Position numbers and translations under genes: made by a program
Part shown: positions 63,519 to 64,000 of the stretch, one piece after another
How the letters are laid out: each line of letters starts with the position of its first letter
Position numbering within the stretch: the stretch's first letter is position 1
Assembly (NCBI RefSeq): GCF_048593235.1
Contig: NC_133618.1
Location: forward strand, 558,778,465 to 558,842,464
Length of the DNA: 64,000 nt
Direction: 5' to 3'
Source of the DNA: Sminthopsis crassicaudata
Lineage: Eukaryota
Notes under the pieces: generated by a model
What the model was told of the DNA's origin: nothing
Database searches by the model: none
The model's input: only the letters and a program-made list of their open reading frames with translations

Positions 63519-64000
63519 CAATTCTCAGATAATGAAATTGAAACTATATCCACTCATATGATAGAGTGTTCCAAATCACTACTGATCAGAGAAATGCAAA
63601 TTAAGACAACTCTGAGATATCACTACACACCTGTCAGATTGGCTAAGATGACAGGAACAAATAATGATGAATGTTGGAGGGGATGTGGGAAAATTGGGAC
63701 ACTAATACATTGTTGGTGGAGTTGTGAAAGAATCCGGCCATTTTGGAGAGCAATATGTAACTATGCCCAAAAAGTTATCAAACTGTGCATACCCTTTGAT
63801 CCAGCAGTGCTACTACTGGGCTTATATCCCAAAGAAATACTAAAGAGGGAAAGGGACCTGTGTGTGCCAAAATATTTGTCGCAGCTCTTTTTGTAGTGGC
63901 TAGAAACTGGAAGTTGAATGGATGTCCATCAAATGGAGAATGGTTGGGTAAATTATGGTATATGAAGGCTATGGAATATTATTGCTCTGTAAGAAATGAC
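63519..64000 (+). mobile_element. 5'-truncated L1 (ORF2 C-terminus) inserted into the second ERV; runs off the window
   Basis: QFSDNEIETISTHMIECSKSLLIREMQIKTTLRYHYTPVRLAKM...CWRGCGKIGTLIHCWW. The junction is preceded by an endonuclease-type site ttat/aaaa (63501-63508). Confidence 0.92.

Noticed and set aside
63257-63553. 98-aa ORF as a standalone gene
   Set aside because: Chimera: the first ~12 residues are antisense L1 and the rest is the integrase C-terminus.

Overview
AT-rich, CpG-depleted marsupial genomic DNA, most likely from an Australian dasyuromorph (inferred from WSINE1- and Mar1-type SINEs, the L1 3'UTR type, RTE and L3 relics). It has two N-gaps. No host protein-coding gene is recognisable. 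Most ORF-track entries are chance ORFs, microsatellite or gap artefacts, or pieces of L1, RTE or ERV. Bases 1-55 kb are old LINE, SINE and MITE debris between several repeat-free blocks that look regulatory, plus a few weak exon candidates. The main signal is a betaretrovirus-like ERV cluster at 55.4-63.5 kb. (1) A 3.4-kb provirus (55370-58760, 5-bp TSD) encodes only an intact 607-aa Gag. It has no pro, RT or env, only a decayed integrase tail. It also carries two different tRNA-Lys primer-binding sites in tandem, a retained SRV-1-like -1 frameshift signal that leads nowhere, and LTRs that are nearly identical except for one swapped central block. (2) A solo LTR with a 6-bp TSD is nested in an old L1. 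(3) The 3' end of a related env-less ERV lies in the opposite orientation, has an open integrase C-terminus, and is interrupted by an L1. Repeat family names and percent identities are estimated by eye, not from database searches.
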